A stretch of DNA of 64,000 nucleotides from Eukaryota sp. TZLM1-RC (GCA_040285825.1 JAUPSS010000003.1:1302001-1366000), one strand, 5' to 3'. Shown: positions 1-12,085, numbered from the stretch's first letter. The notes: generated by a model from the letters alone, not told the origin. Program-made: numbers and translations.

Positions 1-1245
1 TTTTAGATCATGCTTATCTAAGTCCAAATCTTGAAAATTTTGGCGGATTAGGTTACACAAAGGCTTCTATTCTTACTTCATGTACTTTTATTGGTGGATG
101 TAGAAATGCAATTTTCGAGTTTTCTGAAAGATTGGTCGATTGGGAAGATTGATTAATGACAACGCAAAGTTCTACTGTTTTTGCATTAAGGGATGAAATT
201 TCAAAAATTGAAGTAGAAAAATGGAGTCGATGCTTTCCCCAATCATTCAATGGCATTATTCCAGAAAAGAATCTATTAAATTTAAAATACACTCTTCGAA
301 CTTTGCAGAAACGATTGACTGGAATGTATGAAAATGATCTTTATAATTATATATGCAACTCGGCTGTTTTAAATCAAGATCTTCACTCATTGTTATTGGA
401 AAAGGGTGTTTGTGAAAACAAGTCATCAGATTCTTCACTTTTTGTAACCGTTGTACCACGAAGATTTGGATTGTGTGCCCCTAATGAAGCATTTGTAACA
501 AAAATGAGATTATATTTGAATATCCCCATTAATCAGTTATTATCAAAAGATAAATGTATTTGTTTGAATTCACCTCAACTCATTTTGCGCCATGCTCTGA
601 ATTGTTCTAAATTGATAACTTACCGTTCTTCATTACATGATGCTGTTAGAGACACTGTTTTTAATATGGCACAAACTGCAAGAATATCGTGTATCAAAGA
701 GCCTCTGCTGAAGGAAACACTGTCTCTGAATAATTTTGGTTCTGATGATAAAGGTGATGTATAGTGTGATTGGATTGATAACTCTGAAGCTATTGTTGAC
801 TTTATCTCATGTAATGTTGCAAATGATACTTTGGTTCACAGAAGAAAACTTCCTGTGACTGCTCTTGATTTTAAAGCAAAAGAAAAACATAGAAAATATG
901 ATGAAGATATTGAAGAGGCTTATGCTGATAGAAACACACAGCTGGTTTTATTGCTTTCCCATTTTCGATAAATGGAAGATTATCAGATGAAGCAGAAACT
1001 TTTTTGAATGATTTCCAAAAAATGGTACAAGAAAAAACAATGAAAAGATTTGATATCTTTTTATGGCGCTCTCGGAACCAATTTGTCATTTTAAATAGAT
1101 TACGTCGGTTTTTCAATCGAATTAGAGAAGCTTTAGCTAGACAGCAAGCAGATCAAGATTTTGTAGAGGAAATTTTGGTTCATTGAATTTTGTCCCATTA
1201 GTTATGAGTCAATTTTATTAAGTGTGCAAGATGAATAAAAAATTT
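1..1245 (+). mobile_element. 3' part of CRE-like non-LTR retrotransposon (family R1, ends ...EEILVH*), degenerate
   Basis: Zn-knuckle C..C...RHALNC...SLHDAVRD, RLE core KGDV*CDW...IVDF, A-rich tail; near-identical to 27870-29525. Confidence 0.85.
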
Positions 1246-1423
1246 TAATTCAGCGAACCATTTTTTAAAAGAAAAGGTTATGCTTAAGTAATTAACAATA
1301 ATGGTTTTTCAGTTTGTGTAGAGATGGCCAGAGAGGACTGCTTTAGACATAAATTTAAATCTGGTTAATGACTGTGAAAAATATCTTCAAGATTTCAATG
1401 AACAAAGTACTGGTTAGTTTTGA

Positions 1424-1662
1424 GAGACAACCTTAGAATACGCATAATCTGATCTGTCCTGATCGGAATGAGCCATCGGAAGATCACGGTGTATCCACAA
1501 GGGTAGGACCTTCGATGATGACTTTGTAGTCCTCGTCGAAGAAAGTACAACGTAGAGTGTTACTACAACTCTCGTAGTGTTGATTTGCAACTTGAGATAC
1601 TGGAGAGGAGGTTGGTTGTTAATTTGGTGCGTGAGTGTTGCGAAATTGAAAGTAACCACTTC
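1424..1662 (+). ncRNA. candidate structured RNA of unknown identity
   Basis: GC-richer non-coding island with several hairpins (GATCT..AGATC, TATCC/GGGTA, CTTCGATGA/TCGTCGAAG, AGAGT/ACTCT) closed by GCATAATC/GATTTGC; G-U pairs favour the + strand. Confidence 0.35.
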
Positions 1663-1695
1663 AGTTGCAAATCAGTATAAACCAGACCTACAACA

Positions 1696-3183
1696 ATGGG
1701 CCGTCAAAATCCTGCTGAAAAACGCCCTAGAAAACGTTCCAATAAAAAGACACAGTCTTCTTCTGTTGTTGGCCGCTCCTTGATCAAAAAAACCTTTGGA
1801 AATGCTCGTCCTGTACTTGTTGATCCTTTTGCTCAAACCCTTTCCAACAATGAACGTATACAAGCAGTTGAATCTGGACCTAACCAGTTCTCAGTTACAG
1901 AAGTATCTGATCTTACCAATCTTATGGATGTGGCAGCTCTCTCTCAGCGAAACTTTGAAGCTGAGCGTGAACGAAACACCGTGCTTCTCTCGACTGCCTT
2001 TTCCAAACCTCCATCAGCTGAAATGGAATTTGAGGCCCTCTTGGATGGCCACGAACGTCTCACCATTCCCCGTAGACCAGAATGGACTCCATCAATGTCT
2101 GCTGAGCAAGTCAAACTTAACGAACAGGAATCTTTCCTTGAATGGAGAAGGAAGCTTGCCCATCTTGAAGAGGTTGAAGGTCTTGTTTTAACTCCCTTTG
2201 AACGTAACTTGGACTTTTGGAGACAATTGTGGAGGGTGGTTGAGCAATCCGATCTTGTCCTGCTCATAGTTGATGCTAGGAATCCTTTCCTTTTCAGATG
2301 TGCAGACTTGGAGAAGTTTGTCAAGGATTCAGGTGCTCAGTTCCTGTTCCTGGCCAATAAAGCTGATCTTGTCCCAGTTGAGTATAGAAGGGCTTGGAGA
2401 AAATATTTGGTAAACTCCCTTGGTAGCGAGGTTTTGTTCTTTTCAGCAACACATGCCAGTCAAAATGACCCCTTGACCCCTTTTGATGACGTGGATGGTT
2501 TCCCTTCTGTGAATTGTAATGATTTGTATTACCAAGATAACGGAGGTGATGAAGTTGAAGAAGAGATTCGAGTATTGACTGTTAATGGTGTCTTTTCTTT
2601 ACTCAAATCCAAAGCACTTTCTGTATCGGATCACTGGAAGCAACCCGTTTTCAAAGTAGGAATGCTCGGGTATCCAAATGTCGGAAAATCTTCCTGCATC
2701 AACGCACTTGCAGGGAAAAAGTGTGTTTCTGTGGCTGCAACTCCTGGAAAGACTAAGCATTTTCAAACAATTCCCCTATCTGAAAAGCTTCATTTGCTTG
2801 ATTGTCCTGGACTGGTTTTCCCTGCTGCCCTTTACTCAAAGTCAGAGCTAGCAGTGTATGGTATTCTCCACGCAGACACCCTTCGCGACACAGTTTCTCC
2901 CGCTTCTATTATTCTCGACAGGGTTGACATTTCTGTAATCAATTCTTTTTATGGAACATCAATGACGACCAAATCACCCAATCCTCATCATCTTCTCTCT
3001 GCCATAGCCCAGCAGAAAGGCCTTTATTGTGGTAAGGGACAACCAGATGTTCATAGAGTGGGTCGTTTAATGTTAAAGGATGTTTTTAATGGAAGATTAT
3101 TGGTTATCAGTAGGCCTTATGGCACTGATAGCGAGGAGTTATCCCCAGTGCATGAATGTTCGGTAGGTTTAATTGGAAAGTAG
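1696..3183 (+). CDS. LSG1: large subunit GTPase 1 (circularly permuted YlqF/YawG GTPase)
   Basis: LTIPRRPEW, LTPFERNLDFWRQLWRVVE, DARNP, NKADL, GYPNVGKSS, DCPG in G4-G1-G3 order. Confidence 0.95.
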   Translation: MGRQNPAEKRPRKRSNKKTQSSSVVGRSLIKKTFGNARPVLVDPFAQTLSNNERIQAVESGPNQFSVTEVSDLTNLMDVAALSQRNFEAERERNTVLLSTAFSKPPSAEMEFEALLDGHERLTIPRRPEWTPSMSAEQVKLNEQESFLEWRRKLAHLEEVEGLVLTPFERNLDFWRQLWRVVEQSDLVLLIVDARNPFLFRCADLEKFVKDSGAQFLFLANKADLVPVEYRRAWRKYLVNSLGSEVLFFSATHASQNDPLTPFDDVDGFPSVNCNDLYYQDNGGDEVEEEIRVLTVNGVFSLLKSKALSVSDHWKQPVFKVGMLGYPNVGKSSCINALAGKKCVSVAATPGKTKHFQTIPLSEKLHLLDCPGLVFPAALYSKSELAVYGILHADTLRDTVSPASIILDRVDISVINSFYGTSMTTKSPNPHHLLSAIAQQKGLYCGKGQPDVHRVGRLMLKDVFNGRLLVISRPYGTDSEELSPVHECSVGLIGK

Positions 3184-3682
3184 TCTTGATTTTTTGGTAA
3201 TCTTAGTTTTTTAGTTTATTAATTTTTTCCTTTTTGTTCATGTATCTATTTTTTATATTGATCATTACTAACATTTAATTCATTTTTCGAATCAATACAT
3301 ATTTAGTTGTACTCGAATGTCAATAAAAGTCTAACAATTCATTTGACTCAGTGTCAGTCAAACAATCAAAAACAATTTACACTAAAATAAATATATTAAA
3401 ACATTCGACCAAAAGCGAAAACCATTTTGTTTCACACATTGTTGAAAATACTGTCAACAATTGAATTGAAAGAATTATGAAGTTCTAAAAAACTCAAAAT
3501 AACCCTTTGAAAAATGATAAATAATCAATTGGTTTTTCATATTGACTAATTGATTGAGGAATTTCAACTTTTAAATTCGAAAAATCCTTTTGGCATTGAT
3601 TGATGTTTATAGTCTACTTTCCTAGAAATCTTCAATTTTTGTTAAAATACTAATCTTCTGATATGAATTCAGTCACAACTAA

Positions 3683-4140
3683 TCAGGACTGAGTCGAAAC
3701 CTTTACTTTCAACCAGCTTGAGGCCTCCAACTCACTAGGACAACGTGTTTTGTTACCACTGCCAGCCTTGTTGAACCAACAGTAGTGGTTCTTGAAGCCA
3801 CTTGAATCATAGAAGGCGGTTATCCTTACTTCATGTTTGGTTTGACGTAAAACAGCTGAGATGAGAAAACAAAGAAAGGACAACTTTTCGTGATATAAAG
3901 ACATTCAATTTGTCCGCTGCTGGAGGAAGCAACGAAAGTGAAAGCATCAGTGGATCGAGGAAGTAAATCTGATGGCGCAGGATCAAGATAACCTCGAGTG
4001 AAGGTACAACCTTGAAAGTATAACTTATCGTTGCTGTTGTTGTTTGAAAGCAAAAAAGCAAGACGTACTTGGTTCTCACTGGCAGCAAGTACAACAGAAA
4101 AGCTGAGGAGACTCAATAAGAGTAACACATTGGTGTGCAT
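3683..4140 (-). CDS. small secreted beta-rich protein, two exons (intron 3856-3884)
   Basis: hydrophobic signal peptide; removing a 29-nt GT..CAG intron joins ORF 3826-4140 to ORF 3683-3904 in frame (..YITK-T-VLRQTKH..). Confidence 0.6.
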
Positions 4141-4249
4141 CAGAATTCTGTTGTTGATTTATAAGTTGAATAAGGATATAAAAATATATAATTAGTAAGT
4201 TTAAATTTACAATAACGTCTTTTTTTATATTTTTATTTATCAAATAGCG

Positions 4250-4815
4250 AATAAAAAACCATCAAATAAACAACTGAAGCTCCACATCCTCAAAATTTTA
4301 CCCTCCTCAATCGAAACAATCAATTAAGATTCAGAAAAATTACCAACAGAAGAAAGTGAATCAGAAATTTATTTCACCATTCCATCATAAATAGATAATA
4401 CAATACTGTTTTGCCAGTAAAGACGATTGAATTTCTTCCAGTTTGATTTGGCAAAATAGAATTGTGTTTTCTATCTTTAAGGGGATGTTGAAGATGGTTT
4501 CTGATGCTTTGCTTTCTCTGGGATCTCACTATGAGAGAGTTGCATCTAGTGTTTATGTTTTGGGAGAGATGGATTTTTTAGATGTTGATTTATAGGTTTT
4601 GAATAAAATTAAAATTAATAAAAACAAAAAAAAATATCTTCCAGTCGATTCCTTTACAACTACATTGAAATCCTGCAGGAAAGCCAAAGCAGCCTTATCT
4701 AAAGATCCAAACCTGGAAAAACAAATGAAAATAAATTATATTGGACATGAGAATTTTCATTGACAGAAGAAATAGGTTTCGCGTATTTAGCAATTTTATA
4801 TTTCCCCCAGCAAAA
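4250..4815. mobile_element. cluster of non-LTR 3' tips (R2 on -, R3 on +, R2 on -)
   Basis: WQNRIVFSIFKG..DFLDVDL* plus poly(A) on +; DFEDVE and KYAKP fragments on -. Confidence 0.75.
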
Positions 4816-5164
4816 AAGTTCTCTGGCCTGAAAAAGTTTTACAATAACATATGTTGCTGACTTTCTTCTGTTTATTCAAATTACAGTGCTACTCGATTGA
4901 TTGTTTCAAAATAGATCTTTAATTGTCAATTGCTGATTGAATTACTTTGGGGTGTACTAAAAATACAATTGTGGATATCAAATGTTCACTCGATTCAACC
5001 TCTTCATTTTAGTTTCCTACTCACCAAACTTTCTTTTCACGTCAAAATTCAACTTTCGTAGCAACTTGTTTCGAAAGAGAACGATTATTTTTCTATGCAA
5101 ACTGGTAACTGGCTTACACAGACAAATTCTTGAAACAACTGAATCTTGAAATGTAGTTATGGCT

Positions 5165-5870
5165 TAAATGCACTTGTTCTAATTCACCATAGCTCACTTT
5201 GCATCATGCTCTGAATTGTTCAAAGTTGATAACTTATCGTTCTTCATTACATGATGCTGTTAGAGACACTGTTTTTAATATGGCAAGAAATGCAAGAATC
5301 TAGTGTATCAAAGAGCATCTGCCGAAAGAAACATTATCATTGAATAATTTTGGTTCTGATGATAGAGGTGATGTATACTGTGATTGGATTGATAATTCTG
5401 AAGCTATTGTTGACTTTGTCTCATGTAATGTTGCAAATGATACTTTGGTTCACAGACGAAAACTTAGTCCTGTATGTGCTCTTGAATTTAAAGCAAAGAA
5501 AAACGTAGAAAATATGACAAAGATATCGAAGAAGCTAATGCTGGTAGAAATACACAGCTAGTTTTTATTGCTTTCCCATTTTCGATAAACGGAAGACTAT
5601 CAGTAGAAGCAAAAACTTTTTTGAATGAGTTCCAAAAAGTGGTTCAAGAAAAAACAATGAAAACATTTGATATCTTTTTATGGCACTCTCGAATTCAATG
5701 TCATTAATTCATTGTCATTATTAATAGATTACGTCGGTTTTTCAATCGAATTAGAGAAGTTTTAGCTAGACATCAAGCAGGTCAACATTTTGTAGAGGAA
5801 ATTTTGGTTCAATCAATTTTGTCACATTAGTTATGATTTTATTTAGTCAAGTGTGGAAGTTCAATAAAAG
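5165..5870 (+). mobile_element. 5'-truncated non-LTR retrotransposon R1
   Basis: HALNC..HDAVRD, DRGDVYCDW..IVDF, AATAAA end. Confidence 0.85.
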
Positions 5871-6264
5871 TTAGTTATGTCTGTTGTGAATCAAAAATAA
5901 TGGATTGTTTATTCCGTGAGAAGAATGGGAAGAATCTATTATTGTCTGTAGATGAATTTGGAATAAATAAGTGTACTTTGATTCAATATTCAATAAATCT
6001 ATTGGAGGAAATATTGATTGAGAATAATGCCATTGGTATTGAGCAATTCAAAATGTATTGGCAGACTATTCAAATTAATTAAAAAAAGAGAAGAAAAGAA
6101 CACTGCAAAAGTCCAAAATTAAAAAAGATGAAATTCAAAGAATTGATAATTACGCTGAGTGTAAAGTATAATCATCAATTGTTTTATAATCTCTAAATTT
6201 TTTCACGATTAAAACCTATTGTACCGACTTATCTCTCTGTGACATCAAAGGTTGACGATCTTTA

Positions 6265-7059
6265 ATGTTCTCCAAGCTTCATGAAGAACATCTCAGGTGC
6301 GCTATTTGTCTAGACTTTGCAACAGACGCAGTTGAATCAGATTGCTGTCATGCACTTTTTTGTAATCCATGTTTCGAACAACTACATAATCAGCAGTCAT
6401 GTCCTGCATGTAGATCTTCTACCATTAAAGTCTATGCAGTATTCAATGTTCGTCGGCTGATCAACGAGTTACCTGCTATCTGTTCATATTGCAACTTAAC
6501 AGTGACAAAAGGTAATCTAAAAAACCACCAAATGAAGTGTTCAACTGAGCTTTTAAGTTGCACGATCTGTAATCACCAGAGCGTTAAGCGCGCAATGGTT
6601 CAACACCTTGCTGAACATCATCCTGATACACTTATCAGTACCTTTGCTAAAAACAACACTCGTGATCAAACATCTAAGAACACAGTTGATTCAATCAATA
6701 AACAAGTCACATCATCTAGAGTGCACCCTTCTATGAATAGAGAACCTGAAGATTTTCCTCAATATTCATCAGTTCCAGTTGACCCTCATGTTCCCAGTGG
6801 AAATCCTTTCACAGGACTATCTCCAAGTCGAGAGACTTCAACATCCATTAATCCATTCACAGGACTATCTCCAAGTCGAGACACTTCAACATCCATTAAT
6901 CCATTCACAGGACTATCTCCAAGTCGAGACACTTCAACATCCATTAATCCATTCACAGGACTATCTCCAAGTCGAGACACTTCAACATCCATTAATCCAT
7001 TCACAGAAAAAAGAAACCCTTTTCGTACAGGAGATTCAACCAATCCCTTTTGTAATTAG
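6265..7059 (+). CDS. RING-finger E3 ligase-like protein with extra Zn fingers and a C-terminal NPF repeat tail
   Basis: CAIC..CCHALFCNPC..CPAC RING; CSYC..H..C and CTIC..H...H fingers; 7 NPF motifs. Confidence 0.85.
   Translation: MFSKLHEEHLRCAICLDFATDAVESDCCHALFCNPCFEQLHNQQSCPACRSSTIKVYAVFNVRRLINELPAICSYCNLTVTKGNLKNHQMKCSTELLSCTICNHQSVKRAMVQHLAEHHPDTLISTFAKNNTRDQTSKNTVDSINKQVTSSRVHPSMNREPEDFPQYSSVPVDPHVPSGNPFTGLSPSRETSTSINPFTGLSPSRDTSTSINPFTGLSPSRDTSTSINPFTGLSPSRDTSTSINPFTEKRNPFRTGDSTNPFCN
6802..7006 (+). repeat. 48-bp coding tandem repeat, ~4.3 copies (NPFTGLSPSRDTSTSI)
   Basis: near-perfect direct repeats AATCCATTCACAGGACTATCTCCAAGTCGAGACACTTCAACATCCATT. Confidence 0.95.
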
Positions 7060-7261
7060 TTTTTCCAAACTGTTCTGAATTTTTATTGTTTTAGAGACAA
7101 AACTGTATCATAGGATTAATTTGAATTACAAGGCTTGAAATTATATAAATTTTCAGTTTTTATAAACACTTTTTTAATTAATGAATAATAATTTAATCTA
7201 TTCAAAAACACACATATCAAAGTTCAACTAAATTAAATACAATTAATAATACAAAATACAC

Positions 7262-9715
7262 TTATTTAAGTTCATCCAACGAAAACTTAACTTGGGGAAT
7301 TCCCTTTATATTACCCATCATGTTTTCCAATTCTGAAAACTTGTTCTTCAAAGTATCCATTCCAACATTCTTTTTTGGAAAGAGTCTTGAATTTTCGTCT
7401 GCTTTATTGACCTTACTTGGTGGTTTAACTGCAGGTTTTTGACTGTCAACTCTCGGTGGCATGGATTTCCTGATTGTTTCTTTGTGGGGTTTCTTTTGAT
7501 CAGCAAGTGACACCTTTACTGCCCCTCCTGGAGGCCTCCTTCTGAAAGGTTTCTTTGGTTTCTGTGTGGGGTTGGGTTTTTTGAGAAAATCACGTGATGT
7601 GTCAAGCTTATTTTGAACCTTTGACACCTTTTCTGCCCACTGATTGGTCTCCAATAGTCTTGCTTGATGATCATTGCTGACATCATCATTTGTAACTGTA
7701 TCAACATTATCAAAATCAATCACTTCAACGTCGCCTTCATCTGACAAACCTTTCGGAGACAATGCTTCCGTTTCTTTGAAAACTCGATGTAGAGGACCAG
7801 GAGTGAATGGTGTAGCTGGGTATTTTGGGGGGTCTCTTTTGCCAACTGGAGTACTCTCAATCGTTTTAGACGGATCTAGAATGGATGCTGCCTGTGAAAT
7901 TCCTTCTGTGAGTGCCACATCACCTATTTTGACTGCTGTTGAAAATGACGTCATTAGATCTGGATTTTGACCTTCAAGAAGACCTAAAGCTTTCGCTTGG
8001 TCAGTGAGAACCGAGACGAAGAACTTAATTATTGATTTGGAATCTTTTTCTGATAATAAAAGATTACTGTTTCCATTTTCAACTTCCTTTTGCAGACTAC
8101 TTCGAACACTTCGCAGTTCATCAAGTTCAACCTGCTGCAACTTCTTTTTAGTGAAATCTTCTACAAATTGAACTAGCTCATTATTATTATTGATTTTTGA
8201 TCTAATCTGTGACGTGACTGATTGCACTTCACGTGTAAATGACTGATACTCGCCTTGGTGATGTTTAATTTGACTAGTTAGCTCCTCCAACTCAGATCGT
8301 AATTCCGGAATCACCTTTTTAGCATAGCAAACAGAAGGCTTATCTGTACCATCATCAAGACCAAGCACAAAGTCAAGAGAAGTCAATTCCTTTTCAATCT
8401 CTTTCTTTCTCCTTCTTAAACTTTCCTTCTTTCTATAATGATCATCCACCTTGACAAATAAACCAGATAATTTCTTCTTATACAGATTGGCCACTTCCAA
8501 TTCCTTTTTCACAGTATCCACCACCCTTGAGGAATTATTTTTCAACTCCTTCTTTAATTTTTCAATTTCCTCTTTTTGTTTGTTAATTAGCCTAGTTTGT
8601 TCTTTTAAGGTTGCCACATACTCAGAAACGTGCTTCGCTACACTTCTTATATTAGCTTTAGGCAAGACTCTTATATTCTTAGCTCTATTGGCATATTTTA
8701 AAGTATTGTGAGTATCTTCAAATGAATCAAAAGATGGGGAGATATTGGAAATCATGACTGTTCTACAATTACCTCCTAAAGAATCCTTTAAAAGTCTAGT
8801 AAGTTTGCTATTCCTATAGGGAACATGTGAAGTAGACTTACCCTTTACTAGCTCATTTATACAACTACCCAAGGCTAACAGACTCTTGTTAATACTAGCC
8901 CCCTCAGCCAGTCTAGCTCCTTTGTTCTTAGTTCTGCTGGCTCTTTCGGATCCAGCTAGATCAATTAGGGATAATTTACCAATTCTTTTATTTGACATTG
9001 TCCCGCTCGCTTTGCATTGGCTCTCAACTGAGAGCTGCAAGACTGCATGGGATCTTGATGATGTGGCATTGGCATCAGTTGGGCATTGAGATCGGTTGTT
9101 GTTACCTTCCTGAAGAAGTTCGAGGACCTGGGAGGTATTGGTTGGATAATGAGTGGAAAGGTTTGACACAATGATACCGCGAAGGGAATCTTCTCTTATG
9201 TCCAAAGGATCCTTGTTGGTTGGGTTGAGAAGATCTCTAAGAGTTTCATTGTAGACTTCTAGGTAGGTAAGAGAGAGCTTAAACTCAGTTTCTTCTGAAT
9301 TCTGTTGAACTAGGTCAAAAAGGTCTTGAATACAAAAGACCATAACACCAGGGCCTGCTTTTTCGTTTCCTAACATTGTGTGAGTCTTACCTGCACCAGT
9401 GGCACCATAAGCAAAGACAGTAGCATTGTATCCTTGAAAGACATCATTGATCAGTGGTTTAGCAGTTGCTTCATATACTTCACGTTGAGTAGCGTTGCAG
9501 TCAAAGACACGGTCGAAAGCAAATTTGGAGTCTTTGGGCCGGCGAGAGCCAGGAATAGTTACACGACGAGTACCAAAGGAATCATCAGGATCAAAGCAGA
9601 TTACATGGTCATCGACAACGCGCACAACGTTGCGAAAGCCACCTTCAATTTCTCGCTGATTTTCAGGACGAACACGAACAATGACTTGGACGGAAGTAGC
9701 TTTACGAGAAGCCAT
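7262..9715 (-). CDS. kinesin motor protein, probably kinesin-8 (KIF18/KIF19-like)
   Basis: VIVRVRP, AYGATGAGKTHTM, SSRSHA, DLAGSER, HVPYRNSKLTRLLKDSLGGNCRT, EDTHNTLKYANRAK; likely ATG at 9715 (MASRK). Confidence 0.92.
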   Translation of the reverse strand: MASRKATSVQVIVRVRPENQREIEGGFRNVVRVVDDHVICFDPDDSFGTRRVTIPGSRRPKDSKFAFDRVFDCNATQREVYEATAKPLINDVFQGYNATVFAYGATGAGKTHTMLGNEKAGPGVMVFCIQDLFDLVQQNSEETEFKLSLTYLEVYNETLRDLLNPTNKDPLDIREDSLRGIIVSNLSTHYPTNTSQVLELLQEGNNNRSQCPTDANATSSRSHAVLQLSVESQCKASGTMSNKRIGKLSLIDLAGSERASRTKNKGARLAEGASINKSLLALGSCINELVKGKSTSHVPYRNSKLTRLLKDSLGGNCRTVMISNISPSFDSFEDTHNTLKYANRAKNIRVLPKANIRSVAKHVSEYVATLKEQTRLINKQKEEIEKLKKELKNNSSRVVDTVKKELEVANLYKKKLSGLFVKVDDHYRKKESLRRRKKEIEKELTSLDFVLGLDDGTDKPSVCYAKKVIPELRSELEELTSQIKHHQGEYQSFTREVQSVTSQIRSKINNNNELVQFVEDFTKKKLQQVELDELRSVRSSLQKEVENGNSNLLLSEKDSKSIIKFFVSVLTDQAKALGLLEGQNPDLMTSFSTAVKIGDVALTEGISQAASILDPSKTIESTPVGKRDPPKYPATPFTPGPLHRVFKETEALSPKGLSDEGDVEVIDFDNVDTVTNDDVSNDHQARLLETNQWAEKVSKVQNKLDTSRDFLKKPNPTQKPKKPFRRRPPGGAVKVSLADQKKPHKETIRKSMPPRVDSQKPAVKPPSKVNKADENSRLFPKKNVGMDTLKNKFSELENMMGNIKGIPQVKFSLDELK

Positions 9716-9805
9716 AAAATTATGTGAAGAGGGGTACAAGTGTAAGATAGGGTAGGAATATCTCCCTTGTGTAAGAGTGGAAGAATTTTACCTTCAATAT
9801 ACTGT

Positions 9806-10500
9806 CTCTGAGTTTCATTTGAAATGCATACTTTCTTCAAGCATCATTCAAACTTATTCCAAGATCTTTCATCCTTGGTGAGATCGTCCACAGATGTTCT
9901 AGAATCCTCGAATAATTGGCCACCAATCTGAATGAGCCCATTTCTCCTCTAGAACAATACGTAGCTTTGAAGCTAGTTTCTTTGTGGTCTCTGAAACGCT
10001 TCTCGTCTTGTTCCATAGTAGTGCTCACTAATTGCAATTTCTAGCTTATTTAGTGATGCAGAAATGTCTCTAGACCAAACTTGATTACATTCCGGACAAC
10101 TGAACTGGCGTTGTGAACTTTAACTTCACCATTAACTTCTCGATAGATCTTTTGATGTAGCATCTTGCAGTACTTCACCTTTGCAGATGTCATATATTGA
10201 TCTCCGATCTTGACATCAGCAAATGAACATTGTAACAACTTGAGAAACGCCTTGCGTGGAGTTTCACTTTTTGACGTGATGTACCACCATCTCCATTGCC
10301 AAACCACACCTTTACTTCTCGACCGTCTGTAAATTTTTTCACTTTGTTGATAATTGAGCTGAATCTGTTCTCTTTTCCTATAAAGAAGTCAAATGTGTTT
10401 CTCCCCAATGCTTTTCGGGCACTCAGATATAATTGCTGCTTTAGCAATGATCGTCTTACGTTATTACCTTCATAATCCTTATAGTCACTGATAGTTGAAA
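9806..10500 (-). mobile_element. Fanzor family A, 3' half plus putative omega-RNA (degenerate)
   Basis: VWFGNG, KTPRKAF, IGD(Q)YMTSAK, CPECNQVWSRDISAS; ~200-nt conserved 3' region shared with the copies ending at 16812 and 26442. Confidence 0.8.
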
Positions 10501-10504
10501 GGAT

Positions 10505-11010
10505 ATATTTCTACGAAAACACATTTTTAAAAAAACGCACTTCTAGCTTTTGACCAATTCATGCTATCTTGATAGAGGTTAAGCATACTTTAGATCTATC
10601 ACTATATGATATCACGATCAAATGATAGTTAAAGCAGCAACATCATAATACATAAATAGACACTAATCTATGGGGTTTCTGGAACGCCTCAGGTCTTTCA
10701 TTGTAGTAGTGCTCACTTATGGAAATCTCCATCTGGTTTCTGGAGGCTGAGATGTCCGTGTTTGACATTGAGGGCATACAAACTTTTCATTGTGCACCCT
10801 CCCATCATCGTGATACACCTTTTGATTGAATACCTTACAGCAATTCGTTTTGGCAGATGTGTAGAATTCATCTCCATTACGCTTCACATATGTAAAATGT
10901 TTCTGAATCTCCTTCAAAAAGCGCGATATTCAAACTGCCTCAATTTTGTTTTTTAAAAAAAAAGACACAGTTGAAGAAGTTGATTCAGGTGACAGTAGCA
11001 GTATCTTTAA
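10505..11010 (-). mobile_element. Fanzor family B, internally deleted copy
   Basis: GDEFYTSAKTNCC, CPQC, DISAS; 3' region matches 17515-17720; 10935-11010 resembles 19680-19750. Confidence 0.75.
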
Positions 11011-11019
11011 GAAAATTCA

Positions 11020-12085
11020 CCTAGAAATTGGGTGTCATTTGGAGTGTATGGAAAAATCCAAGAATGCTACAGATTTACTGTAATAAAAGGCTATAACTTA
11101 AGACAAATATGAAGGCCTATCACCAACACTATCCTCTACCAAATAATCTACAATTGCCTTGATGTTGATACATGCAAAATTGTTACGATTCCATACCTTA
11201 TCCTTTCCATTCACATTGTTCTCTACAAACATCAGATCCACATCTTAACAAAGCATGACATTTCACAGTAGGGCACTTCTCTCCCATCCATGGCCTAGGA
11301 TTCACAACTTCAAGAAATACATTTACTGGGTTACAACAAGTTGGACACTTTGAAGATGTGTTTCTCTCATCAACTAAACATACTGTGTCACCATTTTTCT
11401 TAAAGAAATTTCTCCATCCAACTCCTCTACTTGATCGATGGTGCTTTAAATTCTTTCTCTTATTGCAATTGTCACCTAAAATTAGGATAGTGTCTTCATC
11501 ATTCCATTGCTTTTCAGCCATTCTTTTGATAACATAGCCTCTGTTTTCTGATGATGGACATATCTTTGCATTTTTTGAATGCGCCATATCATTAAACAGT
11601 AGTAATCAAATGTAAAAGTCATGTCTGTCAGCTTGGAAGCAACAGAAGAATAGACATTATTATAAATAAAAGATTTTGATGATTCTTTTGATAAAGTAGC
11701 TTCTGTTTTTTCCATTATGATTATATTGTGTAAAATGTACTCTTTTTTTTCAACTTTTTGAATTTTTGGTGAACTCTCGATACCGTTAACCACTCCAAAT
11801 CTGTCAATCTCAGCCATTCATATTGTTTATCTCTTTTTAGTTGGTCTTTTGCAATAAGTTTGAATCTTTTTTCACTACAAAGGTAAAGTAAATCACTTTT
11901 ACCAGGGTCAATATGTACTTTGTGTTTTGCTGATAGAAATTCAACATCCAAATCATTCACTTAGGTCTCAGTGGTTGCAAACTCCCAGTATCAATCTTGA
12001 ATGACATGCCAATACAATCCTCTCTTGCTAGCTCAAGACAGGCTGCAAAACCATTAGTTTTCACGGTGTTGTTAAATTTGTAGCC
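11020..12085 (-). mobile_element. Fanzor1 family C, RuvC half (pseudogene)
   Basis: HIDPGKSDLLY (RuvC-I), LILGD, KHHRSSRGVG, VDERNTSSKCPTC (RuvC-II), CHALLRC, WNRN..AC.NI. Confidence 0.85.

Noticed and set aside
1505-1550. Hammerhead ribozyme (GATGA..GAAA)
   Set aside because: CUGANGA core and stems I/III are not correctly formed
6802-7006. CRISPR-like array
   Set aside because: Contiguous 48-bp units without spacers, in frame within a eukaryotic ORF
7516-9840. Antisense and alternate-frame ORFs overlapping kinesin and other genes
   Set aside because: Shadow ORFs of real coding sequence with no motifs
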